This document shows, in pieces, positions 45,344 to 56,210 of a stretch of 64,000 bases of DNA. Both the position numbers and the translations under genes were made by a program. The notes under the pieces are model-generated. The model was not told the DNA's origin and made no database searches. It worked only from the letters and a program-made list of their open reading frames with translations. Position 1 is the first letter of the stretch; every line of letters begins with the position of its first letter. The stretch covers positions 186,001 to 250,000 of the IMG/VR virus record IMGVR_UViG_3300042465_005589, one strand, 5' to 3'.

Positions 45344-47809
45344 ATGGGATACATATTAAAAAATACACAAGGTTTACTTAGTACAAGACTAACTGATACC
45401 GGAAGACAAAAATTATCACAGGGTAGTTTTAATATCTCTTATTTTCAAGTAGGAGATAGTGAGGTTTCTTACAATACATTAACAGGAACGTCATACAACC
45501 AATTTACCACAAAAATTCTTGAACCAGCCTTTAACGCTCAAAATTCGACAGGAGCACCTGAATATAACAAACAAAACGTTAAATACCCATACTATATTGA
45601 TGGAATAACAGGTAACACTTATGGAATCCCATACATGGCGTCTATCCCTCAATCGGTATATAATAGAGCCGCAATGAGAGGATTTTTCACCGGAGACACA
45701 ACCGCAACAACTTTCACATGGAGCGCATTAACAAATAGCCAATATACAATTAATTCTAACTATCTCGTAGATATGTCTACATTAACGGGTGGTAGTGTTA
45801 TTCAATTAGTATATTCAGGGTGTAATTCAAATATTGTAAGATTACCATCTATTGGTGACTTTGTTACAATATATTATGATGGTCAAGGAGAATACAATTG
45901 TTATTGTGAACCAGGATTAACACCTACCCCAACCTATACCCCAACATCAACTTACCAAGTCACTAATACACCAACACCAACTCCAACACCAACATATACA
46001 GGATGTGAAACACCAACTCCAACACCAACCCCAACAATAAGTTGTTCTACAACACCTGTACCTACCCCAACACCACCAAATTGTGAGATGTCAATGAGTA
46101 GTTGTTATTCAATCTTAACTTATAAAATTGTAGATATTTGTAACGGTAACTATACATTAGATAGACCTACACCTGATTTTTCAAACTTTTCAAGTGGATG
46201 TTTTGCCAGAGTATTAGTATATCCGCCAAACATGACAACATTATATGACAGTATCACACCTAACTCACATTGGAATCAAAATGTTATTAATTTTGAATCT
46301 TTATGTAGTACAGATGAATCAGATGTTAAAATTTGGAATATGAACATTCCCTGGTCTGAAGACCCTGCCGGTTTATATAATTCAACATATAAAGGTTATC
46401 CTTACTTTGGTTCGGCGTCTTATATGGGTAGTAAAGAATACTTTGGATATATGTCCGATAGTGGTCAAACAGATACTGGAGTTGTTTATTACTATAACTC
46501 ATTTGACGAGACAGTAGTTGTTCAACCTAGTGAACAAAAATCTATAGCAATTATTCATTATACTAATCAAGCGATTGATTTCTTTTATGGTGAAAAATTC
46601 GCCTTTGAACCTTACGACCCGGCAAACCCTTCTGATACAACAGGAGAAGCCCGCAATTTTAGATTACACTTGCCGTGGTTAATGTGGCATAAAAATCCAA
46701 ATTGTTGTAAAGGTCAAACATTTTGGGTTGACCCACCAGGATTTGATGAATATCTATTATTCCAACCATATTACATTGAGTCAACTAAAAATAGTGATAT
46801 GAATACTCCCGGTATTAGATATTACCAACTATGGGACACTAATGCGAATGATAATGGATTACCAAGTAGAATCGGTAAAGTATTCCCTGATTCACAAATT
46901 ATTGTAATTGATGATGAAGAAATTATTGCCGCTATGTCTTACAAGTCAAATCGTAATTGGACATTACCGGCACCTAAGGTTTCATTAACAACACCAAATA
47001 CTTGTGTGGTTGAAAATAATCAACCTGTTGTAAAAGGTATTTTAAGTGCTAACACTGAATATATGTACGTTACTTACAGATTTAGTAATACCGATATTTT
47101 TACAAATTCATTACACTGTAATTATTATACTAAAATTCAAGGACCTAACATTGATTGTGGTTCAGTTGCGTCACAAAACGTTTCCATTAGATTTGGTGCG
47201 GAATTCCCTTGTTTAAATCAACCTGTTGTTATCCCAACAACTACAACAACAACTACAACAACCACAACATTATGTCCATCATGTGATATAATAACAGGGT
47301 TCTACGCAGACACATTACAAATTATTTGTCAAAAAGTTATTGGTACAAGTAGACCTGACCCAGCTGAATGGAAAATTATTGATTTTACCTCACAGATAAG
47401 CGCAACAACAATTAATGGATATCTAACCGTAGATAGTTTAACAGGAACCACATTTACAATCACTGAAGAAAACTACGCAGCCGCTGACGATTATGATTTA
47501 AACGATTTTATTCCATTAGTACCTAACGGAACAACAACACCTTCATTAAATTTTGGAGATGAATATTATTTCTATGGTTCATTAGAAACCGATATCCAAG
47601 CAACCATTTATGAAATGAAATATAAAATAAATCTTGGACAAGCCGAGTTTCAATCAACCTCAAACCCTACATGGACTAAGGGGACAAATTCATATATTAC
47701 AGAAATTGGTCTTTACGATTCTGATATGAACCTTATGATTGTATCAAAGCTACAATCCCCTGTATTAAGACAAGGTATTCAACAGTTTTTAGTTAAATTT
47801 GATTTCTAA
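45344..47809 (+). CDS. Tail-collar / baseplate fibre-attachment protein with Pro-Thr and poly-Thr inserts
   Basis: N-terminal LTDTGRQKL..GSFNISYFQVGDSEVSY; C-terminal YITEIGLYD..MIVSKLQSP; late motif at 45332-45339. Confidence 0.7.
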   Translation: MGYILKNTQGLLSTRLTDTGRQKLSQGSFNISYFQVGDSEVSYNTLTGTSYNQFTTKILEPAFNAQNSTGAPEYNKQNVKYPYYIDGITGNTYGIPYMASIPQSVYNRAAMRGFFTGDTTATTFTWSALTNSQYTINSNYLVDMSTLTGGSVIQLVYSGCNSNIVRLPSIGDFVTIYYDGQGEYNCYCEPGLTPTPTYTPTSTYQVTNTPTPTPTPTYTGCETPTPTPTPTISCSTTPVPTPTPPNCEMSMSSCYSILTYKIVDICNGNYTLDRPTPDFSNFSSGCFARVLVYPPNMTTLYDSITPNSHWNQNVINFESLCSTDESDVKIWNMNIPWSEDPAGLYNSTYKGYPYFGSASYMGSKEYFGYMSDSGQTDTGVVYYYNSFDETVVVQPSEQKSIAIIHYTNQAIDFFYGEKFAFEPYDPANPSDTTGEARNFRLHLPWLMWHKNPNCCKGQTFWVDPPGFDEYLLFQPYYIESTKNSDMNTPGIRYYQLWDTNANDNGLPSRIGKVFPDSQIIVIDDEEIIAAMSYKSNRNWTLPAPKVSLTTPNTCVVENNQPVVKGILSANTEYMYVTYRFSNTDIFTNSLHCNYYTKIQGPNIDCGSVASQNVSIRFGAEFPCLNQPVVIPTTTTTTTTTTTLCPSCDIITGFYADTLQIICQKVIGTSRPDPAEWKIIDFTSQISATTINGYLTVDSLTGTTFTITEENYAAADDYDLNDFIPLVPNGTTTPSLNFGDEYYFYGSLETDIQATIYEMKYKINLGQAEFQSTSNPTWTKGTNSYITEIGLYDSDMNLMIVSKLQSPVLRQGIQQFLVKFDF

Positions 47810-47815
47810 TAAAAT

Positions 47816-48415
47816 ATGAAAAAAACACTTAAAGAAAGTCCTAAAGTATTAGGACTTGATGTTTCAACTAAAACTATTGGTTGGGCATTATTTGATATAC
47901 AAAGTAGAGAATTACTCGAATTAACACATATATCTCCCGTACCAAAACCAAAAGAAGAAAACAAAATAAAAGAGTTACTTCTAAAAGGAGAAATTTTCAG
48001 AAGTAAACTTTTAGAATACAAAGATATGGGTATCACTAAAGTAATTATCGAGGAACCTTTATTAAACTCAAACAATGTTTATACAGTTCAAACGTTATTA
48101 AGATTCAACACTTTAATTACAAAAGAAATATATGACGTTTTAGGTGTAGTACCTGATTTCATATCAACATACAATTCTCGTAAGTTCGCCTTTCCGGAAT
48201 TAACTCAATTAAATGATAAAGGTAAATACGTACTATTTGGAGGTCTTCCTAAAGACATTGATAAGAAAATGATTATATGGGACCTAATTGCAAAAAGAGA
48301 ACCTCAAATCACTTGGTTATACACAAGAAACAATACCCTTAAAAAAGAAAACTTTGACCAAACAGATGCTTATTGTTGTGTTATAGGTCATATGAAACAA
48401 GAAAAAATATGGTAA
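47816..48415 (+). CDS. ruvC: RuvC-like Holliday junction resolvase
   Basis: VLGLDVSTKTIGWA, VIIEEP, DQTDA. Confidence 0.85.
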   Translation: MKKTLKESPKVLGLDVSTKTIGWALFDIQSRELLELTHISPVPKPKEENKIKELLLKGEIFRSKLLEYKDMGITKVIIEEPLLNSNNVYTVQTLLRFNTLITKEIYDVLGVVPDFISTYNSRKFAFPELTQLNDKGKYVLFGGLPKDIDKKMIIWDLIAKREPQITWLYTRNNTLKKENFDQTDAYCCVIGHMKQEKIW

Positions 48416-48449
48416 AATAAAAAACCCCTCTTAACGGAGGGGTTTTTTA
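48416..48449. terminator. Bidirectional terminator between the convergent blocks
   Basis: aaaacccctc ttaacg gaggggtttt. Confidence 0.85.
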
Positions 48450-51400
48450 TTATTGACATACTCCTGAATTTACATGAATTTCTAATGTTGATGTTGCTGC
48501 AACAGTAACATTATAAAATTGAACTTGATAATAACCGGGAGTTGTAATTGGGGCGATTTCACTCGCATAAAGTGAAGCATCCACATATAATAAAACACAT
48601 TGTGAGTTTGCCACACTAGATAAGAGTGTCACAGTTAAATTTTGATTAACTAACCCTAATTGAGCACCCAATAAAGGATTTGACACAGTTACTGGGAAAC
48701 TATATGAACTATCATATAGATAAAACGTCTGTGGTTGGATATTTGTAACTTGAGATTCTTCTTTTTGAATACTAACAAGGAAATTTCTTGGTTTTTCAAT
48801 ATTAATATCACTCTCACATTCTAGACAACAATCTTCAGATGAATAAATTGTATTACTAATTGTTGTGAAATAATTAGTATTATAAATCTGAACATTTAAT
48901 TGAGGTGGTAATGTTGGTTCTCCATTATAAATATTTTTTAATTTCCAACACGATACATCACCTCTAACGTCAGTAGAACTAAATCCATCACCAATTAATA
49001 AATTAGGTAATACTAATATAGGTTGTAATATATAATATGGCTCACCATCCTCTCCAAGAATACACGATGCGTATAAATACCACAATGGTAATGGTGTTGG
49101 TGTAACCGTTGGTGTAACAGTTATTGTTGGCGTAACAGTTATTGTTGGTGTAACAGTTGGGGTTGATGTAGGGGTTGGTGTTAATGTTAATGTTGGAGTT
49201 ATAGTTGGCGTTACAGTTATTGTTGGTGTTGGAGGTAATCCAGGTGTCCACGTCGGGGTTAATGTTGGTGTAACAGTTAATGTTGGTGTCACAGTTAATG
49301 TTGGAGTTATAGTTAAAGTTGGTGTTATAGTTATTGTTGGTGTTGGTGTAGGAGCTAAACCACAATATTGACATGAGATATTATACTCAATAAACACATT
49401 AACATTAACATCTGTTGCTACCAAATATTGTTCTTCACATTTTGCAATTATTTGAATCCCATTATTTAATGGGTCAATATTAACTTGAGCAACTTGGTCA
49501 AAACTTTCTAATAAAGCAACTAAAGCGTTAAAATATTCTTCATCAGTTGGATAATGGTTTAAAGCATAACTTGTATAAAATTCTGAAGTTTCTGTTACAC
49601 TACCAATAGTTGCAACAATATTAAAGATTGCTTGATTAAGTAAACAATTAGTATAACCGGAAGTTAAATCATAATAACCCTCATTTAACATTTCTTTTGG
49701 ACCTTTTTTAACTAATTCGTTAATATTTTCAAAATCACTATTACAAATATTAAACGTTTGAAATGATGATATTGAATCAAATCCATCAATTATCACTTGT
49801 CTAATTTTAACACATCCATCACTATCTGTCACTTGTAAACTATAAGTTCCAGCACTTAAGCTATTTAAATAATACCCTGTCTGCCCATTTACATTATTAC
49901 TCCATAATAAAGTAAAAGGTGGTGCACCATTTGTAATATATGCAGATACCGTACCATCATTACCATTATTGGCATCAGTACTAGATAATAAAAAATCAAC
50001 ATTTTCAGAGGTATCAATTACAAAATTAATAATTTGTGCACAACCCGGAACCGCATCATCAATTTCTGCTGCGTACACACCTGAAAATAAATTATTAAAT
50101 GTCGTTGCACTAGTTTGAATTATTTGTAATTCACTACCAATATTAACGGTATAAGGTGGTGTACCACCTGAAATACTAATCTCCACTGAACCATTTTGTA
50201 AATCACAAGTTGTACCTGTTGTACTCGCACTTAAAGTAAAAGGTGACGTAGATACTATTGTATATGAATTAGTATATACACAAGCACCATTATCAGATAT
50301 TGTTAAATCGTAAGTATCAGCCGCCAAATTAGTAAATTGCCAAACAGAAGAATTAGTTACTTGTGTTTGAGTGTCTCCATTTGAATTTACTAGTGTATAT
50401 GTGTAAGGAGATTGACCACCTAATAGAGTCATTTTTATTTTTCCATTATTTCCACAATCCGCATTAATTGTGTCAATAGTAATAATTGAAAACCCATTTG
50501 GCGTTAAGACCGATATTGACCCAACAACAGAACATAAAGCAGCATCAGTCACTTTTATAGAAAATAATCCTGAACCAATATTTTGAAAAGTTTGTGAAGA
50601 ACTAAATGAAACATTAATTTGACCTGTAGACGCAGAATAATAATATGGTCCTGTCCCTCCTGATATAGTTACCGTAACTTCACCATCAGATGAAAAACAA
50701 GACGGTGGTACGCTCGTTAAAATTGCCGCAACACCTAATGCCGGTACCAACCCTACTGTCGCACTTTGAGATAACGTACAATTAGTACTATCGGTTATAG
50801 TTACACTATACGTACCATTTGTTAACCCTGTAATAAAGTCAGTTGTTTCGTTATTTGACCATAAATAAGTAAACGGTGGGTTACCTGTTAAACCCGTCAC
50901 ATATATTTTACCAGATTCAACGCTATTACACCCCGAATCTTCAACAACATAAAAACCCCAAGTAAGAGATGATGACGATTTTATAATAATAGTTTCTGAC
51001 ATTCCTGTACAACCTCCACCATCATCGGCAACAACATAATAAATACCTGGCGATAACGCCGGTGGGGTTGTGAATGTATTATAACCCGTTGTAGCAGATG
51101 TTACAAACCCTGTTAATGTATTATATAAATAAAAATCAGCAGAACCATAGAAACTACTTGTTTGAGCCGTCAACGCCCCATTATTAAAACTACAGGTAGT
51201 ATTTTGTTGACCTATAATACTTACACATGTACCACTAGAAATATTAACATTTACCGGTAAGACATTTTGAGATGGTGATGAACAAGAATCGATAACATTA
51301 AAGGTATATGTACCCGCAGATAATGTTGTTGCGGTATATCCTGTCACACCAGAACCTAACGCTATTGTCCCTAAAGCGGGACTTATCCATTGTATAGTAT

Positions 51401-51500
51401 AATCCGGAGCAGTACCGTAGATATCTACACTAAAAACCCCTGAGTTTGTATTTGAACAATCTCCCGTTATACTTAAATTTACACTTAAACTACAAGCCAT
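48450..51500 (-). CDS. SprB-repeat tail protein with Pro-Thr linker and Cys-rich C-terminal domain
   Basis: Roughly eight C...G.I.V...GG..PY.Y.WS....L.AGTY...VTD units; TPT tract at about 49085-49350. Confidence 0.82.
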   Translation of the reverse strand: MACSLSVNLSITGDCSNTNSGVFSVDIYGTAPDYTIQWISPALGTIALGSGVTGYTATTLSAGTYTFNVIDSCSSPSQNVLPVNVNISSGTCVSIIGQQNTTCSFNNGALTAQTSSFYGSADFYLYNTLTGFVTSATTGYNTFTTPPALSPGIYYVVADDGGGCTGMSETIIIKSSSSLTWGFYVVEDSGCNSVESGKIYVTGLTGNPPFTYLWSNNETTDFITGLTNGTYSVTITDSTNCTLSQSATVGLVPALGVAAILTSVPPSCFSSDGEVTVTISGGTGPYYYSASTGQINVSFSSSQTFQNIGSGLFSIKVTDAALCSVVGSISVLTPNGFSIITIDTINADCGNNGKIKMTLLGGQSPYTYTLVNSNGDTQTQVTNSSVWQFTNLAADTYDLTISDNGACVYTNSYTIVSTSPFTLSASTTGTTCDLQNGSVEISISGGTPPYTVNIGSELQIIQTSATTFNNLFSGVYAAEIDDAVPGCAQIINFVIDTSENVDFLLSSTDANNGNDGTVSAYITNGAPPFTLLWSNNVNGQTGYYLNSLSAGTYSLQVTDSDGCVKIRQVIIDGFDSISSFQTFNICNSDFENINELVKKGPKEMLNEGYYDLTSGYTNCLLNQAIFNIVATIGSVTETSEFYTSYALNHYPTDEEYFNALVALLESFDQVAQVNIDPLNNGIQIIAKCEEQYLVATDVNVNVFIEYNISCQYCGLAPTPTPTITITPTLTITPTLTVTPTLTVTPTLTPTWTPGLPPTPTITVTPTITPTLTLTPTPTSTPTVTPTITVTPTITVTPTVTPTPLPLWYLYASCILGEDGEPYYILQPILVLPNLLIGDGFSSTDVRGDVSCWKLKNIYNGEPTLPPQLNVQIYNTNYFTTISNTIYSSEDCCLECESDINIEKPRNFLVSIQKEESQVTNIQPQTFYLYDSSYSFPVTVSNPLLGAQLGLVNQNLTVTLLSSVANSQCVLLYVDASLYASEIAPITTPGYYQVQFYNVTVAATSTLEIHVNSGVCQ

Positions 51501-54500
51501 TAATTACATAAAATTTCAAAATTTATTCCAACATTCAATTTAAAATTGATTCCCGAATCATTTACAGAACAAATTGAACTATAAACCATAACATTAGTAT
51601 CATTTAAAATATACTCAAAACCATACAAATCTAAACCATTTAAAGCGGGTATCAACGCCTCGTTCCATTGTTCTGTTGTTGGTGAACTCAAACCTGTATT
51701 AAGATAACCAATACCACTAAAAAATTCATATTGAACAATGTTAACATCATCAAGACTTAACACTACATACCAAGTACTAATTAAAGTATTTTGTAAACAA
51801 TCATTTAATTCATAACCTTGTGATGTTAAATAATTCCCTAACAAATAACCTAACACTGATTCAAATGATTGTAATTGTGGGTTACTTTGCCATGGATAAA
51901 TAGAACATTGAACTGATTGAACATAACAATCATAAGTGAAAAGATTACTAGTCATTGAACATGGGTTACATGGTACCGGAATTAATTGACAACCTTCTTG
52001 TCTTCTCCAAACAAATTTTTGTCTGTGAAATATTGAATTCTCATATTTAACACCTGTATTCCAAATAGTACTTGCTGGAATCATTTGTTCCACAAGTCTT
52101 ACCCAATAATCACCCATTCCGTCAACATATTCAATCATTTTACTATAATTGAAACTACCGTCAGGTACCCCCGCTAATTTCTGAGCATCTAAATATTTCC
52201 AATAAATCGACTGAAGAGTTGGATATCCCATAGTCTTACCATCAGTTGAAAATTGTCTATTTCTAACATTAATCATGTTTTTCCAAAATGTTTGAGCAAA
52301 CTCAAAAAATGTTTTACGTTTTGGTTGTGGATTTATTTCAGTCCAATCCACACCACCTCTCATCGGATAATTTGATATTGGATTTGGGTCACAATAAGTT
52401 GGTTGAACATAATTTAAACCCTCATTAGGGATTGGGAAATTATATTCTCTTGACATAACCCACACATCATAGGATAAACCTTGAGCCGGGTTTAAAAATA
52501 AATCGGTGTTTTTGGCATTAAGTACTAACGCATCGTTTGTTGTGTAATATCTCGCATTGTACCCCCCATCTAAATTTGAACGTAACCCAACTTCGGTATC
52601 AACCCAACTTTTATTATTATCAATAGTTTGTGTTAAGTTATACCCTAAATTCATAAAAGGGAACTGAGCAAACCTATCAAAATATTCTTGACCATAAGTA
52701 TATGGTGTCAAAACTGTTTGGTAATTAGGATTTGCACCTGTAAACACACTATTAGTATAACTGACTTCTTCCGGTGCTCGATGTTTTGGTGTCTGTTCAA
52801 ACCATCCACTACCTTTTTCAAAAAAATAATCATCAGTATTAACAGGGGCTTTAGGGAACCCTAAATCATCCATCGGATATTCATCTTTAGTTATGTTCAC
52901 ATCTTGAATTACTGTTGTCGTAGTAAATCCTGTATACGTATCTTGTCTAAACTTATATGTGTTACCAGCCTCTAATGTCGGTAATTCTTGAACATAAGTA
53001 CCACCTGATATTTGAGCAAATTGACTATTAAATTGATTAACATTAATTCTTTGGTCAGCCAAATAAATATACTCGTTAAATTCAACTAAAGCATCGGGAG
53101 CACCAATTAAAGCCATTAAAGTCTCTATTGATTTTCTAGTCCCCTTTGATTTAAACAAATAAGCCGAGTTTAATATTAAATTTCTATAGTATTGATAATT
53201 TAATTCATCAGGAGTAGTAGCGTCTGAAACACCAGGGTATTGAGATTTATCAGTATTTGTTTGACCAAAAACTGAACTTAAAAAATCATCGGTAGATACC
53301 GGAGACATATTTGTTTGCCAACCTAATGTTTGAGATAAATTTTTAAGTAACTGAGATGGTATATCATCACCCGGATTATAATGAACCGAATTCATAAACG
53401 CCAACGCACTTATAAATTTATTAGTTTCGTCAAAACTTCTACCATAAATTTGTAGAACTTTTTCCATTTTTTGACCTAACGTATCAAATTCTTGGAATGC
53501 CCCCGTAACTAAAAATCTTGAAATAATATTTGTTTTATAACCATCTAGTGATACACCAATATCATTTAATTGAATTAGATAATTAGTGAAAGCCTTTGTT
53601 ACAATATCTAAATTCCAAGACCCATTTAATGGAAATGTAATAAACTCTTGTGAAGAAAAATAGGTCCCGTCATCAGCCTCTCTCGGGACATTAAAACTTG
53701 CCGTATACTTTGGTGTAACATTCCTATTTAATAAGAAATTCTCAACTTCATCTAAATCTTCATTAAAAACTCTATTAACTTGATAATCATTTGGTCGAAT
53801 AACTAAATCATCAAACGTAAATGTTTGATTTGGAAAAGGGTCACCACTAACAGTAACATTTAAAGTTCCTGATGTAATAGACGTTGTTGGAATAATTGCC
53901 GTTACATCATAACCAATACCTTTATAGTATAAACTATAATAAGCATACTGAACTGTCATATCTCTAAGCGCCGATACTTGAATCTCTTTTAATGCAAGAT
54001 TTCTAGTTGAATTAATTGTAAAATCAATCGCAAATGGGTTTCTTAATCTAGAAACATCTAAATCAAAACTAGTTATATTATCAATTTGATTATAACTAAT
54101 ATTCGTTGCCGTCTCACCCTTAACATAATTTTCCCCCATTATCGTCGCCTCAAGAGCCGCAGGGAATTTGGATATAATTGTTTCAACAGAAGTTGAAAGT
54201 CTTTTAACTAATGAACCATATTGAGTAAAATTTGTAATTTGACTCAAATCAAAATTAGGGTAAACTTTAAAGTTATTTTCAAAAATTGCTCTTGATTGGA
54301 AAGTACTTTCTAAACCTAATCCTTCTAAACTAATTGGTTCCGAAAATGTTCCGGTATTAAAAGTTCTATTAGTCTTTTCATTAAAAGATGTCGCAAATTC
54401 AAAATTACCCTGTGTTAAACCACCCCCCGTAACTAGTTGGAAACCAACTAAGTCATCAGAGAATGAACTTGCACCGGAAGCACCTTGTGGTGGACATGTA

Positions 54501-54517
54501 AATTTTTGTAACGCCAT
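51500..54517 (-). CDS. Baseplate wedge-like structural protein
   Basis: YLFKSKGTRKSIETLMALIG resembles the baseplate wedge (P2 gpI / T4 gp7) motif. Confidence 0.65.
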   Translation of the reverse strand: MALQKFTCPPQGASGASSFSDDLVGFQLVTGGGLTQGNFEFATSFNEKTNRTFNTGTFSEPISLEGLGLESTFQSRAIFENNFKVYPNFDLSQITNFTQYGSLVKRLSTSVETIISKFPAALEATIMGENYVKGETATNISYNQIDNITSFDLDVSRLRNPFAIDFTINSTRNLALKEIQVSALRDMTVQYAYYSLYYKGIGYDVTAIIPTTSITSGTLNVTVSGDPFPNQTFTFDDLVIRPNDYQVNRVFNEDLDEVENFLLNRNVTPKYTASFNVPREADDGTYFSSQEFITFPLNGSWNLDIVTKAFTNYLIQLNDIGVSLDGYKTNIISRFLVTGAFQEFDTLGQKMEKVLQIYGRSFDETNKFISALAFMNSVHYNPGDDIPSQLLKNLSQTLGWQTNMSPVSTDDFLSSVFGQTNTDKSQYPGVSDATTPDELNYQYYRNLILNSAYLFKSKGTRKSIETLMALIGAPDALVEFNEYIYLADQRINVNQFNSQFAQISGGTYVQELPTLEAGNTYKFRQDTYTGFTTTTVIQDVNITKDEYPMDDLGFPKAPVNTDDYFFEKGSGWFEQTPKHRAPEEVSYTNSVFTGANPNYQTVLTPYTYGQEYFDRFAQFPFMNLGYNLTQTIDNNKSWVDTEVGLRSNLDGGYNARYYTTNDALVLNAKNTDLFLNPAQGLSYDVWVMSREYNFPIPNEGLNYVQPTYCDPNPISNYPMRGGVDWTEINPQPKRKTFFEFAQTFWKNMINVRNRQFSTDGKTMGYPTLQSIYWKYLDAQKLAGVPDGSFNYSKMIEYVDGMGDYWVRLVEQMIPASTIWNTGVKYENSIFHRQKFVWRRQEGCQLIPVPCNPCSMTSNLFTYDCYVQSVQCSIYPWQSNPQLQSFESVLGYLLGNYLTSQGYELNDCLQNTLISTWYVVLSLDDVNIVQYEFFSGIGYLNTGLSSPTTEQWNEALIPALNGLDLYGFEYILNDTNVMVYSSICSVNDSGINFKLNVGINFEILCN

Positions 54518-55431
54518 TATTCAGTTATGTTTGTAAAGTTTTTACTAAAATCAATATTATCTCCTCTATTTTGTCTAACTTCGTATAACAATGTATTAAA
54601 TTGGTCTCTAATTTCGTATAGATTATATTGTTGGTAAATGTTGTTATTTGTATCATAAATCGTGTAAATACCATCATCCATAGATTTAGTCTGATTACCA
54701 TAAAGAGCAATAGCCAATGTTGAGAAATCTTGGTCTGCAATCTCGATATCAAGAGTGATAGGATTAAAGAAGGTATTAGACATTATAATATTTTGATTTG
54801 GCTGTCCAATATATGGTGTCGCATTTGGTTTGTTTGTCGGAGATGACGACGGAGAAACTGTACAAAAGATTATATTTGTATTATTGTCTGTATATCTATA
54901 TCTTATTGCTTTTTGTGATGTATTTGTCAAATTTTGAACAACTGGTTCACAAAAGAATGATGATGTAACAATTCTAAAGAAATTAGGTATTTTTGTTCCA
55001 TCAGAGTTTAAATACTCAATTCTAAAACCAACTAAACCTTGATTAACAAATTTATTTCTAAATTGACTTGGGACATCGTTCAAATCAATTATAATTCCTT
55101 TTACGTTAGGTAATGATGATAACACACCACAATCTAAAATACTCGTTCTAATCTCCGCTGGTCTAATATATAAGGTGTAGATACCCAATTGGTTAAATTG
55201 TTCTGCAGGCAGTCTTAAATTGTATAACCCACCTAATATTTCTACATTAGGGTTTGGACTTGAACTCGTTTGTTGATTATTAAAATAAGGTCTTAATATT
55301 GATACAGCATCTAATTTTGTTAATACAAAATTATCTGTTTCATCTCTTGATGGTGTATAATTAAGAATGATGTCCACATCTTCTGGTGATACATCTGCGG
55401 GTCTTATTGTACCATAGGTGCCAGTACTCAT
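54517..55431 (-). CDS. Structural protein (baseplate region)
   Basis: 304-aa ORF translationally coupled within the tail operon. Confidence 0.7.
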   Translation of the reverse strand: MSTGTYGTIRPADVSPEDVDIILNYTPSRDETDNFVLTKLDAVSILRPYFNNQQTSSSPNPNVEILGGLYNLRLPAEQFNQLGIYTLYIRPAEIRTSILDCGVLSSLPNVKGIIIDLNDVPSQFRNKFVNQGLVGFRIEYLNSDGTKIPNFFRIVTSSFFCEPVVQNLTNTSQKAIRYRYTDNNTNIIFCTVSPSSSPTNKPNATPYIGQPNQNIIMSNTFFNPITLDIEIADQDFSTLAIALYGNQTKSMDDGIYTIYDTNNNIYQQYNLYEIRDQFNTLLYEVRQNRGDNIDFSKNFTNITE

Positions 55432-56210
55432 ATAATTTCTTTTTTTATAATTTTATTTTTTCTTTTATCAACAACAATAATTTCAACAGGTAAAACATTT
55501 TCATTGACCCATTTTATTTTCATTAATTGATTAGTTTCTATTAGATTAGTAAAACGACTTTTTTCAACACCAATTAAAATATTATAAGTGTAATCAGATT
55601 TAATTTCTATTAATTTATTACCATATGAAAAATCAGGATAATAAACACCATAAGGTGTTATAATAGGTTCACAATTTTTGGGATATAAAATATTTTCATT
55701 GATTAATTTTTCAATGTAAAATTTTTCATAAGTACCCTGACATTTAATACCGTCAACATTAAAAATTTTACAAACACCACCGGTTTGTTTTCTATTACCA
55801 CTTTTACTCAATTTTTGTTGAGCAATTTTCATATTATTTTTAGTTTTTTGAGGTAATTTTTTACCTTTTCTATATTCAGAATTGGCTTCACTTTTACTTC
55901 TTCTATAATTAACTGTCCCAAGATATTTATTAATAAATGATTCTGTAAGATTTAGAGTATCACCAATTTCTTTACAATTTTTTTTCTCAATTATATATAA
56001 ATTTTTAATTATTTTTTTTTGTTCATTAGTTAATATAATTTTTTTTCCATTACTATAACCTTTTTTCAATAACCCTTCCTGCTTTAATATCTTAATAATA
56101 GGTGTTTTACTAACATCAAAAATTTTCCCAATGTGTGAGCAACTTAAACTATTAGAATAAAATTCTTTAATTTTTCCAATATCTTTTAATGTAAAAACAA
56201 TTTGTTTCAT
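55428..56210 (-). CDS. Putative homing endonuclease (HTH repeats plus PD-(D/E)XK)
   Basis: Two HTH-like segments, Lys-rich linker, QGTYE...YYPDF...LIEIKS; start at 56210. Confidence 0.75.
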   Translation of the reverse strand: MKQIVFTLKDIGKIKEFYSNSLSCSHIGKIFDVSKTPIIKILKQEGLLKKGYSNGKKIILTNEQKKIIKNLYIIEKKNCKEIGDTLNLTESFINKYLGTVNYRRSKSEANSEYRKGKKLPQKTKNNMKIAQQKLSKSGNRKQTGGVCKIFNVDGIKCQGTYEKFYIEKLINENILYPKNCEPIITPYGVYYPDFSYGNKLIEIKSDYTYNILIGVEKSRFTNLIETNQLMKIKWVNENVLPVEIIVVDKRKNKIIKKEII

